DNA of 64,000 nt from the NCBI GenBank assembly GCA_044892505.1, contig CM097882.1, positions 515,034,001 to 515,098,000 of the forward strand, given 5' to 3'. Every line of letters begins with the position of its first letter. The first letter of the stretch is position 1. Positions 47,855-61,936 of this stretch are shown here, piece after piece. The notes beneath the pieces were generated by a model. It saw only the letters and a list, made by a program, of their open reading frames with translations, was not told the DNA's origin and made no database searches. The position numbers and the translations under genes were made by a program. Source of the DNA: Schmidtea nova (lineage: Eukaryota).

Positions 47855-50800
47855 TGAAGAACTGATAATCAAGTCTGTAGATGAATTGGATACTTTAATC
47901 AATACTGATTGCAATGAAAAGCCTTCTCAATGTTCAAATTGTGAAGCAGTTTTAAATAACTCATTTGAACTTTTAGTTTATTCATATACTCATATTGAAC
48001 ATAGTAAAGAAAATGAATTGTTTCAAAAATTATTATTTCAAAATTATTTTTCAAAAAAAAACAGTACTTCACTATTTTTGTCCAATAAATGAGTAAATTT
48101 AGTTTAAAAAAATCATCATAATTGGTCTTTAAAATTGCTTATAATTTCTCGGGAAACGGGAAATCCCGAAAAACGCAATATAATAATTCTCGAGAAACGA
48201 GATTCCAGAAATACACAAAATTTTCGGGATTTCTCGAAACGAGAATTCTAGGGAAGAAACTCTATTTAGGGGTAATCAACTAGATAGTTTTAATTTATCG
48301 TATGTATAAGACATGGTTACGATAAAGCACGTTTTATTCTTAAGTTTAGACATTAAACAATAGAATATTCATCAATAGAATCTGCAGTCAAAAAAGTATT
48401 TTCATGTTATACGCCTGTGGTAGGTTTTGTTTGGCGGGCGTGTTGAAATGTGTGTAGATTTGTGAAATAAGGCTTATTGTCAAAATAAAATTATTTAAAT
48501 GAATTATACATTGTCAGATTCATACTCGTTAAAAATATTATTATTTCATTTTTATTCTTTAACATGGAGTTAAATTACTCGTCGATTGATTACAATTTCA
48601 GAATGACAATTTAAAAAAAATTTTTTGACCTATTTTGACTTATTAGAATTTAATCGAGTGTTTTTTGTTTATGTAATTTATTTTTTTTCTAAGTACTTTT
48701 AAAATTTGACTATTTCTGAGCTTTTTTATTTACGAAGTAAATAGTTGATATGGATTTCATAAAGAGAATATGCGAACCCATAAACTCAATATGCTTTTGT
48801 ACACAGAAGTGACATGAAGTCAGAACCAAAGGATAACTACGAATATGGATATTGAATTCATTAGGATATATCCAAACCCATTAATCAATTTCAAAATGTT
48901 GTCAAGCGTTTGACAAATTCTGGTGATCTGGATAATTATTAGCTTTTGAATATTCATTTATACTTTTTATTTTCCTCCTATTTCCACCTATTTTCCTCCA
49001 AACAAATTTTTTAACATAAATATCATTTCACGGACCTTTGTAGCTCTGGTCAAATAGATTTTAACCACTCTGTATTAGCTGAAAGTGATGTGCTATAGAT
49101 TTCTCCAAAAATAATTTTGCTTTGATGTTTGAAGCGATCTAATTATCGCGGGTTACAAGAAAATCTTTGGTGACCTTAACTCTTTTGCAAACCTTTCTGC
49201 TTGAATTTTTAAAATGCAACCATTAATATAGAATTCCACCTCTGCACTTTATATTACTACATAAATGGTTTTTTTGTTCACATTCAATCAGATTTCTTTC
49301 AAATTGTTTCGTTATTTCTTCGGAATATTGATACTTTTGATGACATTTTAAGATATATTTCATTAATTTTTCATATTTTGAGGTTGTGGAGGTTTTATTT
49401 TGTCCGGCGGGCATGTCGGAGTGTGTGGGAAAAGTTGGAAATTGCTCATAATAGCGATATAGATTACTACAAACACAATAATTTGCAAATTTTAATTGAA
49501 AGAAAAACGATTTTTTTCTCATTTCTTTAATTCTTAAATGACTTTAATCTTTAAAAGTAGAGATCAAAAATTAATTTTGTTTGATGATGACATAGTTACT
49601 TAGTGCATTATAATGAGCAACATTTTAATTGGTTTTATTTAATTAAATCTAAGCTTACTTTTAATTGGTTTTATTTAATTAAATCTAAACAATAAAATCA
49701 ATAAATTTATAGGACAAATCAAATTTTGTAATTACAAATAAATTTGTTCGTTTTAATTGTGATTTATTACAAATGTGATTTTGTGATTTATTTCAAACCA
49801 AATAACGAGTTGAAAAATGTTGTTTACATTTAAATAATTCAAAATAATCCTTTATATTTGTTGATATCAAAATAGTTTCTGAAGTTATTCCTATGCATTA
49901 TTGTACTATTAAAAGCTGTTGTTCAAAATAATTAGAATCTTTTAATTTCTAATCTTTTGTGTTATTGTGAATAAGGTAAACCCATTGACATTTTAAAAAT
50001 TAATTTATCTAATTTACCTTTCATTAACAATTTCTTTAAATTTTAGAATGAATATCTAACTAATTTATATTCATATATCCGTTCTCTACGGTTTTTTAAT
50101 GAAATTTTACAAATTTATTCACCCAAACTAAAAAATATTGAATATTTAAACAAAAACCTTAATTCAGTTTTCGCTTCCACTAGCAAAATTTAATCGAAAT
50201 TTAAAACAGAAAAGCTTATTTTTGTCTATTAAATTAAAACAAACTTTTTCACAAATAAATTTAATTAATTTTTATATCACAAAATTTTATTTATTTTTAA
50301 TCAATTCCTTTTCTTTTTCTATGAGTATTTTTTATTGTTGTCTCTTGAAAAATTCACTCAAAATATTGAAGTTTTTTTTTCCAAGTTACGGTATCATATC
50401 GAGGTCAAGTGTGAAAACCGATGAATAAACCGACGATAAAAAATAATTAAGTAAAAATTAAATTTACTCAACAAATTAAGTCGAAAAGCTACCAAAAAAA
50501 TTTCTCCTAATGTTATTAGCTACGAAAACAGTAGTTTGCTGGTGTCATTCGGACAGTTTTTCTTTCCGTATTGTATCCACATGCTCAAACCATTCAGTTT
50601 CTAACGCTGTTGAGCTACCAAGTATGGCCAACAAGATTATTAAAGTTGTTCCTCTTGATCAACATTTTGTTGGTTCTTTAAAGGTTGAACTCTAACCTAA
50701 TATCACAGCTTTTTATTTTTCTTCCCCTGCTAAGATCAAACCTTCAACAGAAAAAGACAATAGTCGCTATTACAGGGTTCAGAAATTTCTGTGTCTTTGG

Positions 50801-52496
50801 GACAACCACGTGATGTTGAATTACGTTCAAATCGTCTATGGTCCCCTTAAAATTCGCTCCAAAATTTTTGTCCATCCCGTCAAAAATTTGGAAATAATAC
50901 AAGATTTGCCAATTTAAGTTCTAGTTGGTGAGATAAGTCAACATTTTGGCAAGTCCTTGACAAATGTATGTAAAATATTAAAATAAAATTATTGTCACAG
51001 AAAATAAAATTAATCTATCACAAAATGATCGCAAATAATCACTTCGAGATTAACGGTTATCTTGCAATGAAATTATCATATATACTTCAAAAACATTACC
51101 AATTTCCCATTATCATATAAACATAGCGATATAAAAAACATACATATTATTAATTATCTAAAAAAGTTTTTAATTCAATTTGATCTAAGAAGATAAATAA
51201 AGTCAATAAAATTCAAAATCCTTAATTTGTAAATTGCAGTCAAAAACATGCAAAATATTTATAGTCAAGAAAATTAAGATTAATCAAGAAAATTGTTCAT
51301 TTTGATTGTCTTTATTGGACTTAAAAATTAAAACCAATTTATTTGTGTAAGTTGAATTTATTATTTTATCTCTTGATCATTTATTTCATTTTTTATTCTA
51401 AATTATTAACTCAGTACAAACTTTAATTCATTTGGTTAGTAGTCGTTTGGAATTAAGAAATCTAACTCTCTTTAATATTGATTTCAAAAATAACAAAAAA
51501 TGAAGTATATATATATATATATATAAAAGTAAGTCACTATAATTTTTTTGTCAATATATTGGGGACATAATATTCTCATAATATCTGTATATGATGCAAT
51601 AAAGCATCTCTATGTATATCATTATTCTTTCATTTCCTGGAAACATATTTCAAATTAAATATCTGCTGTTGCTTCAATGATCTTAGTATTTATTTTCAGT
51701 CATTTTAATTTAAGTTTCTTAATTAAAAAAATAATTATTTTCTTTTTGTTTGGCTATTTTTTGAATTATTAATTTTCATAAATAATTAAAATGTTATTAT
51801 AAATAAGACTTTTTATTTCCTTTTTTAAAATCTGCTTAAACTGATCTTGTAATTCAGTTTATTTATCCATATTTAGTATTTTATTGCTTTATCTTCTAAA
51901 TATATTGCAATTTTATTTTACTGATTCACTGAATTCCATTATTGAATTAGTCTCATTATTCTTCTATCAATTGACTTTGTAGCAAAGGCGTACCAATTTT
52001 AATTTATATCTTTATGACTTTTGAAGGAAATTTTTTCATTGATACATTTCTTGATTTTCATGTCTACATTTTTATCCTGGCTAGATAATTGAATTATTTA
52101 GTGTCATATTTTTGAATTAAATGTGACAATTGAATTTTTTTGTTAAATTTTCTGATTACTTAGTTGGTTTTTGGTAGTTATTATTTTACCATCAAATAGT
52201 TTGGTTAAATTTTATTTTCGTTGGCTTTAAATATTAAACTCTTAATACTTTCTGGTAACACAAAATATGTACCATAGAGTATACGAAAAGAAAATTTGTA
52301 GATACTTTATTTTACTTATTGTAGTTTAAAATATTACTGAATCATAATTTAAAAAAATATTTGATTTTTAATGTTCCGAAGATAAAGTTGATTAAAAAAC
52401 TTCCATTTTTTATAATGGTAATATGTGTTCTTGAATGAATTTATCAGACATTGTTAGTTACAATAACAATACAATTATTAATTTAAAATTCATTTA

Positions 52497-52890
52497 TCGT
52501 AGATACTCGAGTATAACGCGAGAGATGGAAATTTATAACAGAAATGCACGAAAAGTTCAAGACGCGAATATAACACGAGCAGCAGAAACTATTTCAGTAG
52601 CTTAAAATTTTGAAACTGAGAAACACGTTAAATTACTTTTTCAGCCTAAGAGTTTATACTTAAAAACACCATTTTGCTTTTATTATTAAACATAAACACT
52701 TATCAAAAATATTACATCTAAATTTTCTAAATACAGTGTCCGAATGAATAAATTTTGTGAATGCATGTAACCTCAACTCTTAAACATTTTTACAGTTTTA
52801 TTTCCACAGTGTATCGAATAAAACGCGATCCACAAGTTTTTATCTAATTTTGTGTTACAAAATCCTCGAGGTATTCTCGAGTATCTACGG
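52497..52890. mobile_element. pogo/Tigger-type MITE (394 bp)
   Basis: TIR (T/C)CGTAGATACTCGAG at 52497-52511 and 52876-52890, flanked by TA on both sides. Confidence 0.85.
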
Positions 52891-53204
52891 TAAATACAAA
52901 TTTATGTCTTCATCAATCTTCAATATTCAAACAAATATAAGAGACTATAATTCAGATATCACTCAAAAAAGCGACGACTAAAATAAATTTCAATATTCCT
53001 AAAAATTCAGTAAAATATTTTTATTCTTTGCGTTTTATAATCTCATATTTATAACTTTCTGCTCTTTTTCTAATAAATTTTTTAAATTAACAAATGTATT
53101 TTACTAAAACGAATATATTTTCAAAGTATTAAGTTTTTTATTTTTTTTATGATTTAAACATTCTAATTAAAATTTCTAATTTATTTTTAAAATCTATTAC
53201 AAAT

Positions 53205-53270
53205 TTCCACGTGATTAAATGTCGCGTGATTAAGTTTCGAGTGATTAACTGTCGTCTGATTAAAAGTCGC
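53205..53270. repeat. Short 15-bp periodic array (GTGATTAAnTGTCGC-like)
   Basis: Four degenerate units, probably a transposon subterminal remnant. Confidence 0.6.
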
Positions 53271-54394
53271 CCCTATTGTACGTTAATTTATCCTTATGAA
53301 ACGAGCTTAAACACAAACCAATAATATACAAAGCAGACCCGATTCGTTCTTTAAGTGCGAAAATAACTTGCCGTACAATGTTTCACTGTGTTGAATTTGA
53401 ATGGTTTTATTAAGCTCATATTTTAAAAATTTTAAACATGAAATGTTTTGTTATGCTTTCCTTCCTTGTTTGTAAAATGTTTTAAATTATTTGCTTAGAA
53501 TTGGTTAGAAACATTTGTGAAACTCTGATATAATGGGTTAAAGTGAACTATATTACTGTTTCTGCATTTATCAATAAATTCATAATGCAATCCGTTCCAT
53601 TTTTTTCTTTTTTTTCTTTTTATTTTGATGAAATGTAGTATGAAAATGTAGATGAAATGTAGTATATTCCATTAGAAATTGCTATGCGTTATGTTATATA
53701 AATTTAATTTTTCCCTAATAATGGTCTAGCAAATCAACCGGGAGACCTAGGCAAAATACTCAAATTAGAAAAAACACGATTTTGGCTCATTTCTGATTGT
53801 TGTAAAAATTTTTCAATATATGAATCCAATTAAATCATTTTAACTTGAAAATCAACGTAACAAATATAATTTTTTCACAATAAAATAGTTTGAAATTTTT
53901 CTACTGTAAATGTAATATCCTATTTGTATTGAATTTATAAAAAATATATTAACTCATCTTTTAAAAGCTTTTTATGAATCTTATCAAAAACCAAATTTGC
54001 ACTCAAAATGTAAATTTACGTAGTTAGTAATAAAACTTTAGTGTTTTGGTACATTTCTTGCTTGATCCCGGCACTTCACCTTTATTAACATATTTTTATT
54101 CATTGATTGTCTTTGGATTTATAGGGTAAATATTATGTTTCACATAGCCCCAATCCAAGTAATCGTGAGATGTCACATTCTATTTATGTTCATGGGTTGA
54201 TTTTTAACCTAATTTTCAATCAAAAAATAATTAGAAAAAATCACACTGTAAAAAATTTTTACAACAATAAAAATACAAACACTACATTTTTCAATAAAAA
54301 TAAAATCTCAAAACTACTCGACAATATTTAAATTTATTTTCATTCGCCTCTTGAATTTTCGATCTTTCACAATTTTACGCTTGATTTCATTCAG

Positions 54395-54889
54395 ATGGAC
54401 CCCGTACAACGAGGACAAATGGAAGACATGAAAAGAGAATTATTAATATTAAAAAAAGAAAATAGAAAACTAAAATTCTCGTTGATAATAATAAAATCTG
54501 AGCGGAATAGTCGTACTAGATTATCTGCTATTAATAAAGTCAAGAAGCTCAAGAGTCAAAGAAAACGGCTTGCCAACAAGTTACACAAGCGTCGCGTTGA
54601 GTTGTACATGACCCAGGAAAACCTGCTATTGGCTCAAGATCGGGTTCAACTCTTGCAAACGGAAATTAAATATCTTAATGGAATATTGAAATTTGAAGGT
54701 GAACGAATAGAATTACTGACCAAGATTAAAAATGAGTATGCAAAGAGTTATATGGAACTTCTAGAAGAAAATTGTGCCGGTCTTGATAAAGAACTGGCGC
54801 AGCAAAGACAGAATGATGATCAAAGAAACCGTTCAAATAGCCCATTGTCTATCGCGAATCTCAATGATAACGTTGAACTTGAAATTTGA
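54395..54889 (+). CDS. Intact 164 aa predicted coiled-coil protein, unknown family
   Basis: Uninterrupted ORF in otherwise decayed DNA, heptad-like Leu/Lys/Glu pattern, TTCAG directly before the ATG and AATAAA about 40 nt after the stop. Confidence 0.55.
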   Translation: MDPVQRGQMEDMKRELLILKKENRKLKFSLIIIKSERNSRTRLSAINKVKKLKSQRKRLANKLHKRRVELYMTQENLLLAQDRVQLLQTEIKYLNGILKFEGERIELLTKIKNEYAKSYMELLEENCAGLDKELAQQRQNDDQRNRSNSPLSIANLNDNVELEI

Positions 54890-55249
54890 TAGTGAATAAC
54901 TTCTATTTTAATATTTTTTTAATTTATAATTAATAAAATTTTGGCTGTTCTTTATTCACTCATTATTATTCATAATATAATTAGTAAATATGCTATGCAA
55001 AACCGTGAATGGGTGTGACCAACTAAATCACCTGCTAAGTCATTAAAATGTCAGACTTGTAAGCAGTTTCAGTGAGATTTTAACGTTGAATATGAGTCTA
55101 CGTGTTTCTTTATTCAATACACGACCCTACAGTAGCAACATTCATTTCACAACAAATTACAAATTCTCAATAATCTTTCAATAACTTCAGTATAATTTCG
55201 TTCAGAAATATATGCAGTCTTCTCTCAAAAATGCGATTAATTAATTCCA

Positions 55250-55900
55250 CGTTATATGGAAGTCGGTAATAAAGGTTATAGGTTGGCTGACTACGCATTT
55301 CCAATGACAAGACATGCTTTCAAACAGTCATGTAACATTCGGACCAATTAAAGGATTGTGAAAATATTTTTTGCTTAATTTTATATCTGGTTATTTTTGG
55401 CCAAAGCGAATATTATTAAATAACATTTTAGATTTCTGTTGAGTATTTTATCAATTATTCGGTACTGTTTATCTGACTCCTTGGTGTTCTTAAGATGGAT
55501 TCAAGAAAATAACACAACACAGAAAATTTTATTCGAAGCTAGAATTAACATAATCTTTAATACAACTTCTAGCAACAACAAGTCTAGAAAATTTACAATA
55601 ACTTTTATTGAACTGCTTTTTCCAACTGAGCGCAGGGATGAGTCTCCCAAAGGAAGATCTCCCTTTCTGGTATGCTTTGAAGAATGAATTCAACTTCTAA
55701 ATAATTTAACTTCGCCTTTCACCTCGTTTAACTTTGTATTCTCGATTTATAATTATTTCCTCGCCATTTGTTCTTCGACCACTCTGTCAATGTTTGGGAT
55801 TTGATGAATTTCCCCTATCTGATCAAACTGTCTGGAGGGGTCCTCAAACATTCATAATATATTCCATAATTGCATCAGCATCAACCGATTGGCTTTTTAA
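55250..55900 (+). mobile_element. Possible very degenerate Gypsy-like integrase remnant
   Basis: Only faint traces (FGPIKG near 55340, AGMS near 55630). Confidence 0.25.
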
Positions 55901-58646
55901 GATGATTGCAGTGATTAAATATAAAATATACATTTGAGAAAAGCACTTAAATTAGAATATCAAAATATATTTATATAGACAAAGCTAATTGTTGGGTGTT
56001 GTTTGTCTGTCATTGGTATTCTTATAATATTGATTCAAGAAAAACCCAACGCAATGAGATTTATTCGAAAGTATGACACTCTTTACAACAACTTTTCGAG
56101 ACAATTCTTTGATAATAAGTTTTAATATTTTTGTTCTCAAGACAAATCGATATTTTCAAATTTAATTATTCTCTAAAAATGTTATTATAACATTTTTAGT
56201 TTAAGCATTCTATTCAAATATTTTTATATTCGTAAATTATTTTACAATTTAAATGAATATTTTAAATTTTGAGAATGAAGATATTATCTTTAAAAATGTG
56301 TCCTCTCACAACCCCCTTTCTTAAAGAACTTCTTTATTTTTTCGACATTTTTCTGTATCGTTCTTTTCTGTATTTATCCTGTAATAGATAACACAGGTCA
56401 TGGATTTTCTGTACAACTTGTTACGGGCCTTCATATCTGTCTTTGTCTTTTTTCCCTGGATTCTAAATTTATTAGTACATCTTCCAAATGTTGAATGACC
56501 TCTTTGCTAATGTAACTTCTTGCATTCCTTTTTCTGAACGTCTTTCTTCTTTTTTTGTTGATAATTTTTGGGACACTACTGTTCAGTGAATATTTTCCAT
56601 CCATATACGTGGTGCGCCCAATAAGTCGTGAGACTAATAAAGAAATAATAATAGTAAAAAATTTGATACAGACATATTTAAACTTCAACATATATAGGTA
56701 AAGAAAATGTATTTTGTTTTAATAATCCATTATTGTTTAAGTATATTTTTGCGAACATTCGAAAAATGCCTCAAGTGAAAATCCACAAACCGAAAATACC
56801 AACGGTCGCTATGAACGCTAGGCCACCCCAATCCAGTTATCCCTGTGGTAAGAAGGATTTTGGGACCAAAGTGGGTAGCAAAAAGATGGGCCATGAAATT
56901 CTACCCATAAATATTGAAGAAAATCCGAAAGAAAATAATTTTTCAGAACAAGAAAAATTGAAAACCGAAAATAATAATATTTTAAATATTATGGAAATAT
57001 TTTTTAAAAAAATTACAGAAGTAATAAATAAAAATACGGAAAACAATTCCAAAAATGTCCTCAATCAAGCAAGCGAAAATCCACAAACCGAAAATACCGA
57101 CGGTCAACAATTCCCCGAAAACCTATCTGAAAACATATGCGAGCTCTTCAAAGAATCCAGTGTCCAAAAACTTAGAATCAAAGAATTGGAAGAACAAGTT
57201 AAATCACTTACTAATATAATAAAGAATATAGGAGCCTAACCGATTCTTTATTATATTAGTAACCTAACCAAAACTCCTATGCATTTATAGCTAGTAAATC
57301 AACAACTGCTCAGCAACCGACTCAGAAAACCCTACCGATCAAAAGACCAAAAATGGATGAATCGTATCTCGAAGAAGATTCAAAAAGATCCACTCAAATT
57401 TACGAAGACTTAGATAATCCAATCAGTGAGAAAAGAATCAATAATCTCAAAACTATTCCGAAAAAGAAGGGGAAACTTATTGCATCCAAATTTGATACCC
57501 CAATACAGATACACGAATACAGTCCAATTAATTACCTTCAACAGGCTAGTAGCTCTATACAAAGTCTTAACAAAAAAAGGGATGAATATCTCCGTATTAA
57601 AAAATCAATCCTTACTAAACCAAATCTGGAGAAGTATATCGGAGCTGAAGTTTCACCTAAAGACTTCTCAACAATCAGAAAATTCTTCCTAGCTTCAATA
57701 AGATTCAATTTCAAATCCCACGAAGATAGTGAAAGAGCTTTCTCAATCTTAGAAAGAACACTTAATAAAAACATGGAAAGTATTCAGATTCCAATCAATG
57801 AATGGATGTACAGCCTAAATTGTTTTAGTGTCCCTGAAGACTGGAAATTCCTGAAGAGGAATTCAAAAACAACCTCTCAAGAAGATCTGAACATGATTGA
57901 TCTAATATCAGAGTCAATAATGGAGTACAGATTCAAAAACCAAGAGGATCATAACCAAACAATAAACTTCTTTCAATTTACTATCAAGAGAATTTTTGCA
58001 GGCATAAGTAATAGATTCAAGCTAAAACATTGCCACTCCCAGCCATAGTAACCAATACAATTAATGATAATGACAATGATAATTTCGATCCAGATGACGT
58101 AGACCTTGATGCCTCATCAGACCTTCAAGAACCAGAAGCATCAATATCAAACCTAGCCTGACGACGTGGGAGGGACATAACAAATGCAGTCCTGACCCCA
58201 TCAAAACACCCACCTATGATGTTACCTGAAGCTAGAATTATAATATTCGACATAAATCAAACCAATGCAGAAAACATTAGTCTTCACAACATAATGCCAA
58301 ATCCCTCTGAGCAAATATCAATAACAGGACATCAATCTAATCAAAACAACCCAACTGGAGAAAGCAACGAAATATTTCTTCCCTCGCCTATATGCCATAT
58401 TCAGATTAACAACAATCTAAAATATGCCTGCATTGATCAGCCTTGCAGAATGGAATTTGATGTTCTCTCACATGCTGAACATCATTTCAGAGACAAACAT
58501 ATTCAGATTGACCTAAATGTGTGGAATGCCAAGTCCCAATAATTCGGTATGCTACTAAGGAACACATTTGCAACCACCATCAAGAAAGAAAAATGGCGCA
58601 AATACACAGAACATAAACTATTGTCCCTTCTGAACTAGATATTCCG

Positions 58647-59372
58647 ATGGAAGCAAACTGGATATCCCAAGTAGCCATAGAGGCAAACATCAGAAGCCTT
58701 ATAAACACCTTCGAAAACATTGTTTATATCAATCCTAAAACTGCCAAGCATCTCTTGGATAACAATCGAATTGGGCTATTCAAAGACCTAAAACCCGAAC
58801 AGGTGATAGGCTGGGATATAGTTGTCTGGCTAATCCATTGGAGAAATTGCCATTGGATGGTCTATTTAGCCTGTAAAAAAGACAAAAGATCCATTCTTAT
58901 GGATCCAGGAAACCTTTCAACAATCTCAATGGATCAATTACTAATTCTCAAAAAGAAAATGGATGATACTCTTAGCATTCTAAATGATGAAACACTTATC
59001 ATGGAAACCCTTGATGTCCCTAACGGTTATCCGACTCAAACCAACTCTCATGATTGCGGTCTATACGTAATACAATACATCAGAGACTTTGTAAATTTTC
59101 ATGCCCAAGCAGGATTTAAACAGCCGATTGCAGACGAAATCAGAGACTCTACAACCCAATTGATTAATTTGGAAATTGATTTATTAAAGCATAAGCAGAA
59201 TTACTCACCTGATTCCGAAATTATGGAACTGATAAGAAGTTTTAGACTTCATCAGGTAGACCTCGAATTTGTTATTGATTTTTTCACCCATAGATTTAAT
59301 GCCAATCTCAAACCAATCCGATCTAGAAAAAATGGCCCTATCAGAATTGCCAAATGCTCCTACCAAATCTAA
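58647..59372 (+). CDS. Ulp1-like (C48) cysteine protease domain of the retrotransposon
   Basis: LIHWRNCHWMVY (His), MDP (Asp), QTNSHDCGLYV (Gln/Cys). Confidence 0.85.
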   Translation: MEANWISQVAIEANIRSLINTFENIVYINPKTAKHLLDNNRIGLFKDLKPEQVIGWDIVVWLIHWRNCHWMVYLACKKDKRSILMDPGNLSTISMDQLLILKKKMDDTLSILNDETLIMETLDVPNGYPTQTNSHDCGLYVIQYIRDFVNFHAQAGFKQPIADEIRDSTTQLINLEIDLLKHKQNYSPDSEIMELIRSFRLHQVDLEFVIDFFTHRFNANLKPIRSRKNGPIRIAKCSYQI

Positions 59373-59456
59373 CGATTATTTGCCATAGCCCCTGGAAGAG
59401 CGACAAAAGAAATTCAAAGATCACATTCATCAACCCAAGACCTACCAAGCTCCGAA

Positions 59457-61936
59457 ATGAATTCATATTTTAAGAAGGAAAATCCAATAATATCCGAAAT
59501 TAACATTATTATCAGAAAAGAAAAAATTAGCAGACTAATCCTGAATAGAATTAAAGTACAAGAAATTTATGATGAACTCATAGAAACGGCAGATAGTGCT
59601 CCAGGCATGGATCTTATTCCTATACGCCAATGGAAATCGTGGATGAATGAAAATGCACCAGTTGAGATTTTCAACTACATTCTCAACCAAAAAAGGATTC
59701 CGGAACAATGGAAGACCTTCGAGACAAAACTTATTATCAAGCCAGGGAAAGAAACTCAGAGCCAAATAGCATCAATTTGGCGTCCCATCGCCATTATGCC
59801 AACCCTATACCGACTATTTATGAAAATTATCAATCGAAGAATGCTGAAGTGGATCTCCAAGGGGAACTTACTTAACAACTGGCAAAAAGCAGTAAATATG
59901 AAGAATGGATGTGATGAACACAATTACATCATTCAATCTCATATTGAGAAGAGAAACAGACTACGTTATGCTAAAGAAGAAGTACATCTAGTCTTCCTAA
60001 CATAGCTGATGCCTTCGGAAGCATCCCCTATGAAGTCATATGGTACACCCTGTCTAAGCTGGGTGCTCCAAAAGAAATAATCTCCTTAATCAAAGAAAGC
60101 TACTCAAACTGCCACACCATCTACAAAAGTGGCGACCAGAGATCAGAAAAAATAAAACTAGTGAAAGGTGTCAAACAGGGCTGCCTGCTCTCGATGATAC
60201 TTTTCAGCCTATGCATTGAATTCCTTCTATAATCGGTCATCTCGCTCAACAAAGGAACATCAATGGCTGGAGTTGATTTGAATATCCTTGCCTATGCAGA
60301 TGATTTGGTTATAATATCCAAGTCCAACGAAAATGCCCAAAGCATGATAGATGAACTCTGTTCCCAAGCGGCCAAAGCCCATCTAATCTTTAAACCGGAA
60401 AAATGCGGTTATTATAATAACCCTCAGAATAATAAAGAAATATTAATTTATAACAAACCGATTAAAAAGATAAATCCTGAAAATATCTATACCTACTTGG
60501 GGGTCCAAGTAGGTGACTTAAAGAAACGGAATCTAGAAAAACTATTCTCCTTAGTAGAGAAAAAATCTGAAAATTTTTTCAAGTCCAAACTTAGATGCCA
60601 ACAGAGAGTGGAAGCCTATCTGATCTTTGGCCACTCCAGGTTTATATTCCCACTGCAGGCAGAGGATGTGGCTAAAGCCAATATTGATGCCTTTGACCAG
60701 AAAATCAAAACCATAATAAAAAAGAATATTATAGACCTTCCAAATTCCTCTCCCTTCATGGACTCAATTATCTATGCTCCCAAGGAAAAAGGTGGCATAG
60801 GCATAACAAAAATAAGAGATGAACAAATGATACAATGTATAACAAGATTTATTAAGTTATACAATAGTAATCATAAGGCAATAAATAGAATCCTTGTGGA
60901 AGAACTGATTGATATAGCAGCTGTCAGATCCGAAATTCCTATCTCATCAATCTCCGAAGCATGTAAGTGGCTTGATGGCTCCATCCCTTACGTCAAGAAG
61001 AATAACATTAAAACCTCCTGGCTAATGAGAGTCAAAAATGCCATTGACAACCTAAGAAAAAATTACAATATTAATATAAAATTTACCTTTAGAGGAATAA
61101 TTCTCGGTACAGTAACAGAATGCTCGGCAAAGGATAAATCTACGCTTACCTATGATGTCCAAGAACTTTCCAAAAACCTTCACTGGATGTTGAAAGAACA
61201 ATACCTTATCACCTGGGAAGCTGCTACATGCCAAGGTTATATCCACAGGCTCCTAATCTCAGATTATATGGAAAAGTCCTTTCCGAAAATACTCCCCGAT
61301 AATGAATGGCGATTTCTTGTTAAAGCATGGTCTAATATGCTCGATCTCAACTTCAAGCAATCGAATCAAGGTGGGAGAATTGGATCGATAAACTGCAGAA
61401 GATGCCAATATATCAAAGAATGCTCTCCTCATGTCATCAACCATTGCAACTTTGGAAATGCAATTAGAACCACAAAGCATAATGAAGTCCAAAAACTGCT
61501 TGCAAAACTCCTAAAATCCAAAGAATTGGCCTTCGAGCTTGAATCCAGACCTCCTGAATCCACCCAAAATCTTCGACCAGACATCATCATTCGTCAAAAA
61601 GATAAAATAACAATCTTGGATATCAAGTGTCCCTTCGATGATTCCAGCTCTGTGGAACAGGCTCGTAACAAGAACTGCGATAAATACCGACTTCTAGCTA
61701 CCGAAATCCAAACAGTTACAGGCATCAAGACCACAGTCCAAACGTTCGTGATTTGTTCCCTTGGTACGTGGGACAAAAGAAATAACGATGTCCTCAAAAT
61801 GCTCGGTTTCAAATTCTCTGATTACAAGAACTACAAAAATGATATGACCAAGAAGGTGATAACCGGATCCCGAATGACCTACGACCTTCATCGAGGGTTC
61901 AATGTTTACTACCTAGTGTACTCTAGTTCCAATTGA
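59457..61936 (+). pseudogene. Reverse transcriptase plus restriction-like endonuclease, frameshift and stops near 60000-60230
   Basis: SAPGMD, WRPIAIMPTLYRLF, ADAFGSIP, GVKQGC, LAYADDL, YTYLGV, GGIG, CRRC..ECSPHVINHC, KHNEV, RPDIII...ILDIKCPF. Confidence 0.92.

Larger units (their letters stand above)
45192..48264 (-). mobile_element. Full-length hAT transposon with 8-bp TSD
   Basis: TSD TTTAGGGG at 45184-45191 and 48265-48272; termini TAGAGATTG.../...AAACTCTA; subterminal CCCGA/TCGGGA motifs. Confidence 0.92.

Noticed and set aside
48700-50700. Probable decayed DNA-transposase region
   Set aside because: No diagnostic motif or terminus was recognised, so no family call is made.
56431-56691. 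86 aa minus-strand ORF
   Set aside because: Chimeric read-through across the mariner TIR into the Gypsy remnant.
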